Source of the DNA: Bacteroidales bacterium
Lineage (GTDB): Bacteria > Bacteroidota > Bacteroidia > Bacteroidales > UBA932
Direction: 5' to 3'
Length of the DNA: 64,000 nt
Assembly: GCA_045641345.1 (NCBI GenBank)
Contig: JAZUGR010000031.1
Location: 1,789 to 65,788, forward strand
The notes below the pieces were generated by a model. The model was not told where the DNA came from and did no database searches. It saw only the letters and a list, made by a program, of their open reading frames with translations. Made by a program: the position numbers and the translations under genes. This document shows, one piece after another, positions 53,414-63,315 of the stretch (the stretch's first letter is position 1; the number at the start of each line of letters is the position of its first letter).

Positions 53414-54544
53414 ATGGCGGATATAAAGGAAAAAGTTCCGGACACCGCAGTATTTGTATCAGTAATTACAGACAATCAAAATGACGTTCAGGTAAATGAA
53501 TATCTGGATGAATTGATTTTTTTGGCACAGACTGCAGGGATAGACGGTTCAAAGAAATTCGTACAACACCTTGAACATCCGAATGCAAGAAGTTATGTAG
53601 GTCCGGGTAAGTTGTTGGAGATAATAGATTACGCAAAAAACAACAATATAGGTTATATAATATTCGATGATGAATTGACACCATCTCAAATGCGTAATAT
53701 AAACAAGGATTCAGGATGTGAGATTGTTGACCGGACAGGATTGATACTGAATATCTTTGCCCAACGTGCAAAAACGGCCTATGCAAAAACACAGGTTGAA
53801 TTGGCACAGTATCAATATCTTCTACCAAGACTTACCGGTATGTGGACACATCTTGAAAGACAGAGGGGCGGTCTTAATATGAGAGGTCCCGGTGAAAGCC
53901 AGTTGGAAACCGATAGGAGAATAATACTCAATAAAATCAAGAAATTGAAGGAGCATCTTGCCAAAATTGACAGACAGATGATTTCCCAAAGAGGAAATAG
54001 AAATTCAATAAAGAGGGTGGCGCTGGTAGGATATACCAATGTAGGTAAAAGCACTCTTATGAATTTACTGGCTAAAAGTGATGTATTTGCCGAAAATAAA
54101 TTATTTGCAACACTTGATACAACGGTAAGGAAGGTTGTTGTTAACAATAAACCGTTTCTGTTAAGTGATACAGTCGGGTTTATAAGAAAACTACCGACAC
54201 AACTTATAGAATCATTCAAGAGTACGTTGGATGAAGTCAGGGAATCCGATCTTCTGATTCATGTCGTGGATATCTCCCACCCTCAATTCATGGATCAGAT
54301 AAAAGTTGTTGAAAAGACACTTGATGACATAGGAGCTTCCGGTAAGAAATTATTCACCGTATTCAATAAAATAGATTCATATCATTATAAGGAATATGAT
54401 GAGGTTTCCCAGACGGAAAAGACCGTCGAAAATCATACGCTCGAAGAATTCAAGGAATATTGGAAAACGCCTGCAGTATTCATATCCGCAAAAAACAATA
54501 TGAACATAGATGTTCTTAAGAATAAAATAGAAGAATATATTTAA
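53414..54544 (+). CDS. hflX: GTPase HflX
   Basis: 376 aa. HflX N-domain (IFDDELTPSQMRNI, LAQYQYLLPRL), G1 GYTNVGKSTLMN, G3 DTVGF and G4 NKID. It is markedly AT-rich compared with its neighbours. Confidence 0.92.
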   Translation: MADIKEKVPDTAVFVSVITDNQNDVQVNEYLDELIFLAQTAGIDGSKKFVQHLEHPNARSYVGPGKLLEIIDYAKNNNIGYIIFDDELTPSQMRNINKDSGCEIVDRTGLILNIFAQRAKTAYAKTQVELAQYQYLLPRLTGMWTHLERQRGGLNMRGPGESQLETDRRIILNKIKKLKEHLAKIDRQMISQRGNRNSIKRVALVGYTNVGKSTLMNLLAKSDVFAENKLFATLDTTVRKVVVNNKPFLLSDTVGFIRKLPTQLIESFKSTLDEVRESDLLIHVVDISHPQFMDQIKVVEKTLDDIGASGKKLFTVFNKIDSYHYKEYDEVSQTEKTVENHTLEEFKEYWKTPAVFISAKNNMNIDVLKNKIEEYI

Positions 54545-54590
54545 AACAACTTATCCTTATTTATTGGATTGTTAAATTGTTTATAACAAT

Positions 54591-54627
54591 AAAAATGGCC
54601 GCACAATATATCTGTACGGCTATTTTT
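54591..54627. terminator. Bidirectional terminator (A-tract / hairpin / T-tract)
   Basis: aaaaatggccgcac...gtacggctattttt. The GC core gccgcac/gtacggc has one mismatch, and the flanking A5T / AT5 arms can extend the stem. It lies between convergent hflX and the hydrolase gene. Confidence 0.45.
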
Positions 54628-54746
54628 ATATAATTTAAAAGTTATTATCAGTGTTGATAAATAATCGGATAATCCTGTTTTATTATTGTTTTTTAATTTT
54701 AAGGAACAGATGAACCAGTGTTTTATTATAATGATTCAACATATTT

Positions 54747-55574
54747 TCAACAAAGAAATCCACACACCTGTTGATAGCATTCATCTTCATTTTCTATAAA
54801 TGAATTATGCCCCGTTTGCGGCAGTGTTATGAATTTGACCGAAGGAAAATCCTTTTTCATTTTTTCAAGGGTTTCCATAGGAATGAACGGATCGGAATCA
54901 CCCGAGATATGAAGAATGGGAATTTTCTGAGATTTCATCAATTCCTGTGTATCATTTCTTGATTGCATTCCCTTGATGGATGCTATTATTCCTTCGGGAA
55001 AATGGGTTTCACAAAGTTCCATCGTCTCCCTTATCTTGTCGTCAAATTTACGCAGGTTGTCGGGATGATACATCTTGGGTATTGAAATATACGCCAATGT
55101 TTCAAGTTTTCCGTTTTTTATCGCCTCTATCTCCCTTTTTCTGTCGGCGGCTTTTTCCTCCTTGTCCTTATACGGGGTTGAGTTGAATATTATAAGCTTT
55201 TCAAAAGTTTCGGGATATAGGATACAACAGTTCTGTGCAATGAATCCGCCCATTGAATGACCACCTATGCAGGCTTTTTCAATTCCACTTTTGTCAAGGA
55301 TTCCCTTTACAACCCTTGCGCAGAACTCCATTGAATTGACAGATTCTCCATTACTGTCTGCAGGACAGTAATCGGTCAGTCCGTGACCCGGGAGATCGAG
55401 TATTATCACACGGTATCTGTCCTTTAGACGGGAAGCGAACTCATACCATATATACATTGTTTCAAGGTATCCGTGGAGAAGTATGAGTGTCTTCTTTCCG
55501 TCTTCACGGGAATCATTGTCCAGAGTGTCGAAAAGATGTACCGTAATTCCTTCGGAAGTTGTGAAATACTCCAT
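54747..55574 (-). CDS. Alpha/beta-fold hydrolase
   Basis: 275 aa. LILLHGY oxyanion region, nucleophile elbow GGHSMGG, and a C-terminal GHNSF His block. No signal peptide. AT-rich. Confidence 0.85.
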   Translation of the reverse strand: MEYFTTSEGITVHLFDTLDNDSREDGKKTLILLHGYLETMYIWYEFASRLKDRYRVIILDLPGHGLTDYCPADSNGESVNSMEFCARVVKGILDKSGIEKACIGGHSMGGFIAQNCCILYPETFEKLIIFNSTPYKDKEEKAADRKREIEAIKNGKLETLAYISIPKMYHPDNLRKFDDKIRETMELCETHFPEGIIASIKGMQSRNDTQELMKSQKIPILHISGDSDPFIPMETLEKMKKDFPSVKFITLPQTGHNSFIENEDECYQQVCGFLC

Positions 55575-55599
55575 AAGTTGAAATGATTATACTTACAGG

Positions 55600-55607
55600 C
55601 AAAGATA
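55600..55607 (-). promoter_or_regulatory. Candidate -7 box for the alpha/beta hydrolase gene
   Basis: The minus strand reads TATCTTTG, 25 nt upstream of ATG 55574. Confidence 0.4.
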
Positions 55608-55668
55608 TAAAAATTGTATTTATCCACGTTTTTTAGGAAATTTGTATCCTGTTAGGAAATATAATGTT

Positions 55669-56694
55669 ATGGACAATACATCAGTATTCAATCCAAGAGA
55701 GGAGTCGGGTTTGAGGGAAAATGATTTCGACGGGAAGATAAGGCCTAGGGAGTTTTCAGAATTCGCCGGGCAGGAAAAGATACTGGAGAATCTGAAGATA
55801 TTCGTCAAGGCGGCCCAGTTGAGGGGTGAATCACTCGATCATGTATTGTTTCACGGCCCTCCGGGTCTTGGCAAGACCACGCTGGCCAGTATAGTGGCAA
55901 ACGAGCTGGGCGTCAATATGAAAGTCACTTCGGGGCCGGTTCTTGACAAACCAGGGGATCTTGCAGGGCTTCTTACTTCGCTCGAAGAGGGAGACGTCCT
56001 TTTTATAGATGAAATACACCGGCTTTCCCCTATCGTCGAAGAATACCTCTATTCGGCGATGGAGGATTTCAAGATAGATATAATGATTGACAAGGGCCCC
56101 GGTGCGCGCAGCGTTCAGATTTCACTCAATCCGTTCACTCTGATCGGAGCCACTACACGCAGCGGCCTGCTCACGTCACCTTTGCGTGCCAGGTTCGGAA
56201 TACAGTGCCATCTTGAATATTACGACGCTTCGGTATTGTTCAAGATAGTGAAACGTTCGGCAGGAATACTGAACATCGACATTGAGGATGAAGCGGCTAT
56301 GGAAGTGGCCCTCAGGAGCCGCGGCACTCCGCGTATAGCAAACTCGCTGATACGCCGCGTAAGGGACTTTGCACAGGTGAAAGGCTCCGGAGCCATAGAT
56401 TTGGAAATCACCAAAATAGCGCTCGATGCCCTTAATATAGACAAGAGAGGTCTTGATTCCGTTGACAACAAGATACTGCTTACCATCATTGAAAAATTCA
56501 AGGGAGGGCCGGTAGGACTGGGAACTTTGGCAACAGCCATAAGCGAGGATCCGGGTACCCTCGAGGAGGTTTATGAACCATTCCTGATAAAGGAAGGCTT
56601 CATTACGAGGACACCCAGAGGCCGTGTCGCCACACCCCTTGCATGCAAGCACCTTGGAATAAGCAACTGTAATCACGACGATTCTTTGTTCTGA
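55669..56694 (+). CDS. ruvB: Holliday junction branch migration DNA helicase RuvB
   Basis: The track start at 55642 is TTG; the first ATG is 55669 ([12 protein letters not shown]). Walker [12 protein letters not shown], Walker [11 protein letters not shown], and [16 protein letters not shown]. Confidence 0.95.
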   Translation: MDNTSVFNPREESGLRENDFDGKIRPREFSEFAGQEKILENLKIFVKAAQLRGESLDHVLFHGPPGLGKTTLASIVANELGVNMKVTSGPVLDKPGDLAGLLTSLEEGDVLFIDEIHRLSPIVEEYLYSAMEDFKIDIMIDKGPGARSVQISLNPFTLIGATTRSGLLTSPLRARFGIQCHLEYYDASVLFKIVKRSAGILNIDIEDEAAMEVALRSRGTPRIANSLIRRVRDFAQVKGSGAIDLEITKIALDALNIDKRGLDSVDNKILLTIIEKFKGGPVGLGTLATAISEDPGTLEEVYEPFLIKEGFITRTPRGRVATPLACKHLGISNCNHDDSLF

Positions 56695-59600
56695 TGTTTC
56701 CAGATTCCCTTGTAAAGACGCCTGCTCTCGATTTCTTCACCAATTCGGCCAAAGCTGTGTTCATAGCCTCGGCCGTGAATTCCATTTCGTCACCATCGTT
56801 GCATCTGGTGGTGGCAGACAGTAAGAAAACAGCGTTCTTCATCACGAGCGACCTCTATAACTTCTTTACCGAGGACACGGTTTTCTATTTTCCGGAATCT
56901 TCCGACAGGAGCGAGTTCAAATCAGCATCGTCAAAGGTGCAGCGTACCGCCGCCCTGGCTGCGATAGCGTCTTTCGGCACATCATCCGAATTTGATATCG
57001 ACAAGGCATTTGCGGCCGCTACAACCGATTTTGCAAAGGTTGCACATAACGGGGACAGCGGGTCCATAATACTTGTAACGTATCCCGAAGCGGTTCGGGA
57101 GAAAGTTCTTGCCCTGGCAAAGACAAGGGAAAGCATACTCCGTTTCAAAAAGGGGGAGAAACTTACCCACGATTTCGTCGTCGAACTTCTGTTCGAACAT
57201 AAATTCTCGCGTGCCGACTTTGTGTCGAGGCCGGGAGAATTCGCCGTCAGAGGGAGTATAATAGACGTTTTTTCCTATTCTGACAACAACCCGTACAGGG
57301 TTGATTTCTTTGGCGATGAGGTTGAGTCAATCCGCAAGTTCGACGTCAACACCCAGCTTTCCATAGAGGAATACGACAGTGTCGACATATTTCCGGACAT
57401 CTATGAAAATTTCTCCGGAAACGATTATGTGGACCTTGGCGAGATTCTTCCCGCGGGTTCCGTGTTATGGGACCTGACCGGAAACGGTTTTGAATCCGGA
57501 GAAGGGGACGTCATTCCCCAGCCCACGTTCAACAAAAACTTCGAAATCCTGGCAAGGGACCTCGAAAGCAAGGCGGAGGACGGGTACAGGATATCCATAA
57601 TATGTCCCAACGATGCGCAAGCCCTCAGGCTGGAACAGATTCTGCGCGACATCGGGTCAAGGGCGCATCCGACCTTCATCAAGGCGTCCCTTCACGAGGG
57701 CTATGTCAACAAGGCTGAAAAATTCTGCTATTATACGGACCACCAGATATTCGAGAGATACCACAAAATCAAGGTCCGCCGGCAGGTTGAGCACAGCGAG
57801 AAGCTTACCATCGCCGACCTGAGTTCATTCCAGGTGGGGGATTATGTGGTCCATATAGACCATGGCGTGGGGCGCTACGGAGGGCTTGTCAAGACTAACA
57901 TAGGAGGGAAGATACAGGAGGCCGTAAAGCTTGAATATAAGGACAACGACGTAATATTCGTCTCAATCCACGGGTTGCACAGAATCTCCAAGTTCAAGTC
58001 GCGCGACGGCGAGCCGCCAAGGATATACAAATTGGGATCCAAGGCGTGGGACACCCTCAAGAACACCACCAAGAGCAAGGTGAAGGACATTGCCGAAAAC
58101 CTCATCAAACTCTATTCGGAGCGGCAGCAGACAAGGGGGTTCGCATTCTCCCCCGACACATATATGCAGAAGGAGCTTGAATCATCCTTCCTGTATGAAG
58201 ACACCCCCGACCAGCAGAAGGCGACCATTGCCATAAAGGAGGATATGGAAAGCATCCATCCGATGGACCGCCTCATCTGCGGTGACGTCGGATTCGGCAA
58301 GACCGAACTCGCCATTCGCGCCGCCTTCAAGGCAGCTTGTGACGGCAAGCAGGTTGCAGTGCTGGTCCCAACCACAATCCTTGCCCTGCAGCATTTCAGA
58401 ACATTCTCCTCGAGGCTCAAGGGATTTCCGGTAACGATAGATTATCTGAGCAGGCTGCGCTCTGCCAAGGAAATAAAGGAGCTGCAGGAAAAGTTGGCTT
58501 CCGGAGGCGTCGATATTGTGATAGGCACGCACAGGCTTCTGAACAAGACCGTGAAATTCAAGGATCTCGGGCTCCTGATCATAGACGAGGAACAGAAATT
58601 CGGCGTGACGTCGAAGGAGCGCCTCAGGGAGCTCAGGGCAAATATCGATACACTCACCCTTACGGCCACCCCGATTCCCAGAACGCTGCAGTTCTCCCTT
58701 CTCGGCGCGCGCGACCTGTCCATCATCAACACCCCGCCGCCGAACAGGCTGCCGGTAGCCACCGAGGTCATAAATTTTCAGGAAGACCTCATTGCCGACA
58801 TCATCAACCACGAGCTGGAGCGCGGCGGACAGGTATTCTTTGTCCACAATCGGATTGAAGATATCCTGTCAGTACAGGAAATCCTTCACAGGGTGGTCCC
58901 CGAAGCCGAAATATGTGTGGCCCACGGGCAGATGGAACCCGATATGCTGGAAAGGAAGATACTGGCGTTCATCAATGGGGAATACGACATTCTCCTTTCG
59001 ACGTCGATAATGGAAAACGGAATCGACATCCCCAATGCCAACACGATAATAATCAATCAGGCGCACCGTTTCGGCCTTTCCGACCTGCATCAGCTGCGGG
59101 GCCGGGTGGGGCGGAGCAACGCCAAGGCATACTGCTACCTCGTGGTGCCTCCGATGGACAGCATTACCGACGACGCGCGGCGCCGCATAAGGGCGATAGA
59201 GGCATTTTCAGACCTCGGAAGCGGATTCAACATAGCAATGCAGGACCTCGACATAAGGGGGGCCGGCAACCTGCTTGGGGCGGAACAAAGCGGTTTCATA
59301 GCCGAAATGGGATTTGAAACATATATGCGTATTCTCAACGAGGCGATGGCGGAACTGCCCGACAGCCTCAAGCCGGGAGACAGGAAGATATTCATCAACT
59401 CGACCGATACCCAGGTGGAGACGGACATGGAAATTCTTATTCCCGATGAATACGTGAATGTCCCGTACGAAAAAATAAGGCTCTACAAGGAGCTTGACAC
59501 CCTGAACAAGGAACAGGACATAGAACGCTTCCTCAAGGAGATGGAAGACCGCTTCGGTCCGGTTCCCGAGCCCGTCATCGAACTTGTCAACGTGGTGAGG

Positions 59601-59864
59601 CTCAGGGCTGCGGCACAAAAGATAGGCATAGAAAGGGTTGTGTTGAAAAAAGGTATGATGCTGGCATACTTCATCAACAACCAGATGTCGCCTTTTTATC
59701 AGGGGGAGATATTCGCCACGGTTCTCGAGAATCTTCAGAAGTACGGCCGCAGGTATACCCTGATAGAAAATGCCGGGAAACTGTATATAAAAACAGAGTG
59801 TGTCACGACCGTTGGAAGAGCCGTTAAGCTGCTCACCAACCTTTTTGAGGGGCACGACATTTGA
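56694..59864 (+). CDS. mfd: Transcription-repair coupling factor
   Basis: 1056 aa. CarD-like GDYVVHIDHGVGRY, helicase motifs GDVGFGKTE, DEEQKFG and LTATPIPRTL, plus a TRG region. The start shares 1 nt with the ruvB stop (TGATG). Confidence 0.95.
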   Translation: MFPDSLVKTPALDFFTNSAKAVFIASAVNSISSPSLHLVVADSKKTAFFITSDLYNFFTEDTVFYFPESSDRSEFKSASSKVQRTAALAAIASFGTSSEFDIDKAFAAATTDFAKVAHNGDSGSIILVTYPEAVREKVLALAKTRESILRFKKGEKLTHDFVVELLFEHKFSRADFVSRPGEFAVRGSIIDVFSYSDNNPYRVDFFGDEVESIRKFDVNTQLSIEEYDSVDIFPDIYENFSGNDYVDLGEILPAGSVLWDLTGNGFESGEGDVIPQPTFNKNFEILARDLESKAEDGYRISIICPNDAQALRLEQILRDIGSRAHPTFIKASLHEGYVNKAEKFCYYTDHQIFERYHKIKVRRQVEHSEKLTIADLSSFQVGDYVVHIDHGVGRYGGLVKTNIGGKIQEAVKLEYKDNDVIFVSIHGLHRISKFKSRDGEPPRIYKLGSKAWDTLKNTTKSKVKDIAENLIKLYSERQQTRGFAFSPDTYMQKELESSFLYEDTPDQQKATIAIKEDMESIHPMDRLICGDVGFGKTELAIRAAFKAACDGKQVAVLVPTTILALQHFRTFSSRLKGFPVTIDYLSRLRSAKEIKELQEKLASGGVDIVIGTHRLLNKTVKFKDLGLLIIDEEQKFGVTSKERLRELRANIDTLTLTATPIPRTLQFSLLGARDLSIINTPPPNRLPVATEVINFQEDLIADIINHELERGGQVFFVHNRIEDILSVQEILHRVVPEAEICVAHGQMEPDMLERKILAFINGEYDILLSTSIMENGIDIPNANTIIINQAHRFGLSDLHQLRGRVGRSNAKAYCYLVVPPMDSITDDARRRIRAIEAFSDLGSGFNIAMQDLDIRGAGNLLGAEQSGFIAEMGFETYMRILNEAMAELPDSLKPGDRKIFINSTDTQVETDMEILIPDEYVNVPYEKIRLYKELDTLNKEQDIERFLKEMEDRFGPVPEPVIELVNVVRLRAAAQKIGIERVVLKKGMMLAYFINNQMSPFYQGEIFATVLENLQKYGRRYTLIENAGKLYIKTECVTTVGRAVKLLTNLFEGHDI

Positions 59865-59915
59865 TTTGCACCAACCGTCTAAAATTACCATCTTTGCAAT
59901 TTGTAACCGGCAGAT

Positions 59916-61250
59916 ATGGGGTACTTGAAACATAGCTTTCTTACAGCGGCTCTGATTGCCTTCTTTTCCGTCGCGTCGATGGCTCAGGATCATTCCGGGG
60001 CCAATACGGGGTTCACTCCGTATTCGATGTTCGGACTCGGGCAGCTGGCTCCCCAGGGCACGAGTTACAACCACGTCAAGGGCGGCATCGGAATAGGCGA
60101 CCGCAACGTCAGGTTTATAAATCTCATCAATCCGGCAGCGGTCACAGCGAGGGAATCAAAATCGTTCATGATGGATTTCGGCATGCGCGGAAACTGTATG
60201 CTCCTTGAGGCGAATGCCTCCTCTGCGGCATTCGCACAGGGAGACGACAGGCTGAAGTCGGCTAACAATACCTTCAACATGAACCACATAGTGATGTCGT
60301 TCCCGATTACCAACACATCGGCGTTCAAGGTGGGGATAATGCCTTACAGCAGCACCGGATATTATTTTACTGCCGAAGAGACTTCAGACGACCTCACGTC
60401 CAGCATTGGCGACATCCGTTATACCCGCTTTGGTTCGGGAGGTATATACCAGGTCTTCCTCGGGGCCGGGATAACGTTTTTCAAAAGGTTCAGCGTGGGC
60501 ATAGACGGCTACTACTATTTCGGCAACATAAATCACGCCACCAACGCCGACTTCCGCAATACCGGCTCCACCTACCGCGCCATAAGCACAGGCTGGTATT
60601 ATTCGATGAGCGGTTTCGGCGGCAAGGTCGGCCTGCAGTATGAACAGCCCCTGAAATCGGGCAGGAGCCTGACAGTGGGAGCGACGTTCCTGATCCCCAC
60701 GAGGCTCGGCGGCGAAGTGACCCGCTATTCTTTCGGAGAGCTCTCCTCTTCCACCGATACGGTCCATTACAAAACGACGGAGTTCAGGGGATATGACATC
60801 CCGTTGGAGTGGGGGGTCGGCGTCACATACAAGTCGAACGACAAATTGACGGTGGGATTCGACTACAAGCAGCAGAAATGGAGCCATACGGCGTTCCTTC
60901 CCACCCCGGGTGTGGATTTCTCTCCCGCCGATATGCGGTCGTTCCGTCTGGGAGCGGAGTGGACCCCGAGCAGATATGACGTGCGGCACTATATGAAAAC
61001 GCTCACATACCACGCCGGTGCGTATTACGAAAATTCATATATTTCGCTCAATTCCCATCAAATCAATTCGATGGGATTCACACTCGGCGTAACTTTCCCG
61101 ATATTCAGATATTACAACTCGATAACCTTCGGAGTCGATCTGGGCCAGAACGGAACGCTGACGGACAGCCTGATAAGGGAGCGGTATATCAAGTTCACCC
61201 TGTCGTTCAGTTTCCACGACATCTGGTTCATCAAGCAATTGTATGAATAA
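59916..61250 (+). CDS. Putative outer-membrane beta-barrel protein, function unknown
   Basis: 444 aa. Signal peptide ending SMAQ. Alternating aromatic/Gly-rich strands throughout (YYFGNINH, GWYYSMSGFGGKVGLQYE). No family-specific motif recognised. Confidence 0.5.
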   Translation: MGYLKHSFLTAALIAFFSVASMAQDHSGANTGFTPYSMFGLGQLAPQGTSYNHVKGGIGIGDRNVRFINLINPAAVTARESKSFMMDFGMRGNCMLLEANASSAAFAQGDDRLKSANNTFNMNHIVMSFPITNTSAFKVGIMPYSSTGYYFTAEETSDDLTSSIGDIRYTRFGSGGIYQVFLGAGITFFKRFSVGIDGYYYFGNINHATNADFRNTGSTYRAISTGWYYSMSGFGGKVGLQYEQPLKSGRSLTVGATFLIPTRLGGEVTRYSFGELSSSTDTVHYKTTEFRGYDIPLEWGVGVTYKSNDKLTVGFDYKQQKWSHTAFLPTPGVDFSPADMRSFRLGAEWTPSRYDVRHYMKTLTYHAGAYYENSYISLNSHQINSMGFTLGVTFPIFRYYNSITFGVDLGQNGTLTDSLIRERYIKFTLSFSFHDIWFIKQLYE

Positions 61251-61257
61251 AAATGAT

Positions 61258-61265
61258 TAGTTTTG
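61258..61265 (+). promoter_or_regulatory. Candidate -7 box
   Basis: TAGTTTTG, 36 nt upstream of ATG 61302. Confidence 0.35.
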
Positions 61266-61301
61266 CACGATTTTTGAAGAGAACAAAATAAACCAACAGT
61301 G

Positions 61302-62609
61302 ATGAAGAAGTTAGCATTAGTTATTCTCGCAACGGTTCTGGGCGTTTCTGCATCAGCTCAGGGCAAGTATGGCAAGGACAGCGCGGAATGCATCAAGTAC
61401 CTTTCCTATTATTCGGAATATGTAAAGCAGAACAATCTTGTCGAGGCTGCGCCTTTCTGGAGAACGGCGATGTCGCTCTGCCCTCCCACGGCGAATCAGA
61501 ACCTCCTCATCAACGGACAGAAAATCCTGCGTCGCGAAGTTGTCAACGAAAAGGACCCATCGCGTCGCCAGCAGCTTATAGATTCCCTGTTGTGGCTCAA
61601 CGATATCCGCGCCGAGTACTATCCGAAGTATTTCAACAAGGCGCTTGACAACAAGGCGATAGATATCATAAACTTCTACAAGGGTGACAAGCAGGCCGGA
61701 TACGGGATGCTCGACGGGATTGTCAGCAAGATCGGCGGTGATTGCTCCCCCGCAGTCTATGTCAACTACCTCCAATATGCGGTTGACCTCTACAAGGAGC
61801 AGAAAATGTCGGCCGATGACGTACTGGCATGCTATACCCGCATAGCCGGATACCTCGACGGCAGCAAGCGTGCCGACGTGGCATCGGCCAGGAGCGGCGT
61901 GGAGCAGGTGTTCATCGACAGCGGCGTGGCTTCGTGCGACAATCTGGTGGCGCTCTACACCCCCCGCTACGAATCCGCGGCCTCCGACAAGGCTCTCCTT
62001 ACCAATATGGTGACGATGCTTTCCAAATCAGAGTGTTTCGATACCGAAATATATCTCAAGGCCGTCGAGTCGCTTTATGCCGTTGACCCTTCGGCAAAGT
62101 CGGCATATTTCCTGTACAAGCTCTATTCGTCGCGCGACAAGAACGAATCGGCCGCAAAGGCCCTTTCGGAGGCCATAGGAATGCTCGACAGAACAAAGGC
62201 CGAGGATATCGCCACGATTGCCGATTACAGCATGGAGCTTGCAACGTTCTACTTCAAGAAGCTCGGTCACGGGGCAAAGGCTGTCGAACTGGCCAAGACG
62301 GTTCCGGACATGAACCCCGCCCTCACAGGCAAGGCGTATCTCCTTATCGGAACCGTTTGGGGCTCGCAGAAATGCTCCGGCAACGAGGTTGAGGCCCGCG
62401 CTCCGTTCTGGGTGGCCGTTGACTATATGAACAAGGCCAAGGCTGCCGACGAGTCGCTGAGCGAAGAGGCCAACAATCTGATTGCCCAGTATCGCAAGTA
62501 TTTCCCTCAGCAGGCCGACGCTTTTATGTATGACGTGATTGACGGCAATTCATATACGGTGTCCTGCAACGGGCTGCGTGAATCCACTGTTGTCCGCACC
62601 AACAAGTAA
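61302..62609 (+). CDS. Exported helical-repeat (TPR-like) protein, function unknown
   Basis: The track start at 61299 is GTG; ATG is at 61302 (MKKLALVILATVLGVSASAQ). 435 aa, helix-rich. The stop overlaps the lptC-like start (TAATG). Confidence 0.6.
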   Translation: MKKLALVILATVLGVSASAQGKYGKDSAECIKYLSYYSEYVKQNNLVEAAPFWRTAMSLCPPTANQNLLINGQKILRREVVNEKDPSRRQQLIDSLLWLNDIRAEYYPKYFNKALDNKAIDIINFYKGDKQAGYGMLDGIVSKIGGDCSPAVYVNYLQYAVDLYKEQKMSADDVLACYTRIAGYLDGSKRADVASARSGVEQVFIDSGVASCDNLVALYTPRYESAASDKALLTNMVTMLSKSECFDTEIYLKAVESLYAVDPSAKSAYFLYKLYSSRDKNESAAKALSEAIGMLDRTKAEDIATIADYSMELATFYFKKLGHGAKAVELAKTVPDMNPALTGKAYLLIGTVWGSQKCSGNEVEARAPFWVAVDYMNKAKAADESLSEEANNLIAQYRKYFPQQADAFMYDVIDGNSYTVSCNGLRESTVVRTNK

Positions 62610-63274
62610 TGATTTCAGGACTACGGAAATCCATTTCTTGCATTATAGCCGCTTCCGCGGCTATAATGCTTTCTGCATCCTGCAGGCAGGAAGTGGAGGC
62701 GAATCCGTTTGACATGGAGAAAATTCCGTCGCAGACGGTGGAGGATATGGCGGTCGTCCAGTCCGAAAACGGCGCGGTCAAGATGCGTATGACGGCGCCG
62801 CTCCTCCAGCATTTCAGCTATGTCAAAGACGGGCGGGCTCAGGAATACGACTATTATCCCGAGGGGATATCGGTGAAGGCATATACCGCCGACGGCGCGT
62901 TGGAGACCACCATCACCGCCGATGAGGCAAAGCACATAACCACGAGAGGTTCCGAGACATGGATGGCTTACGGCAATGTGGTGGTGACCAATCTCATCAA
63001 GGAGGAAAAGATGGAATCCGATACGATGTATTGGGATCAGGACAAGAAAAAGATATATACGAACTGCTACGTAAGGATAACCTCCCACAACGGAATGATG
63101 CAGGGGTACGGAATGGAATCCGACGAAAGGGCCCGCAATTCCGAAATACTCAAACCGTTCGACTCCTACTCCAGGATAAGTGATTCGACCGACGTATATG
63201 TCGACTCCCTGAATTTCATCGGCCCCAAAAAGAAACCTTTTGCAAGAAAAGATTCCGTACTAACGGATTTTTAA
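62609..63274 (+). CDS. lptC: LptC-like LPS export periplasmic protein
   Basis: 221 aa. N-terminal anchor/lipobox (MLSASC) and a beta-rich OstA-like pattern (ENGAVKMRMTAP...VVVTNLIKEEKMESDTMYWDQDKKKIYTN). It sits just upstream of ppiD, as in many Bacteroidetes. Confidence 0.55.
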   Translation: MISGLRKSISCIIAASAAIMLSASCRQEVEANPFDMEKIPSQTVEDMAVVQSENGAVKMRMTAPLLQHFSYVKDGRAQEYDYYPEGISVKAYTADGALETTITADEAKHITTRGSETWMAYGNVVVTNLIKEEKMESDTMYWDQDKKKIYTNCYVRITSHNGMMQGYGMESDERARNSEILKPFDSYSRISDSTDVYVDSLNFIGPKKKPFARKDSVLTDF

Positions 63275-63315
63275 TTACTTTTGCAAACTTATCGAAACTA
63301 TTAAATTACAACAAT

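Noticed and set aside
53000-55640. Genomic island or mobile element explanation for the low-GC trough.
   Set aside because: There is no integrase, transposase, tRNA attachment site, flanking direct repeat or phage/conjugation gene. I report it only as a compositional anomaly.
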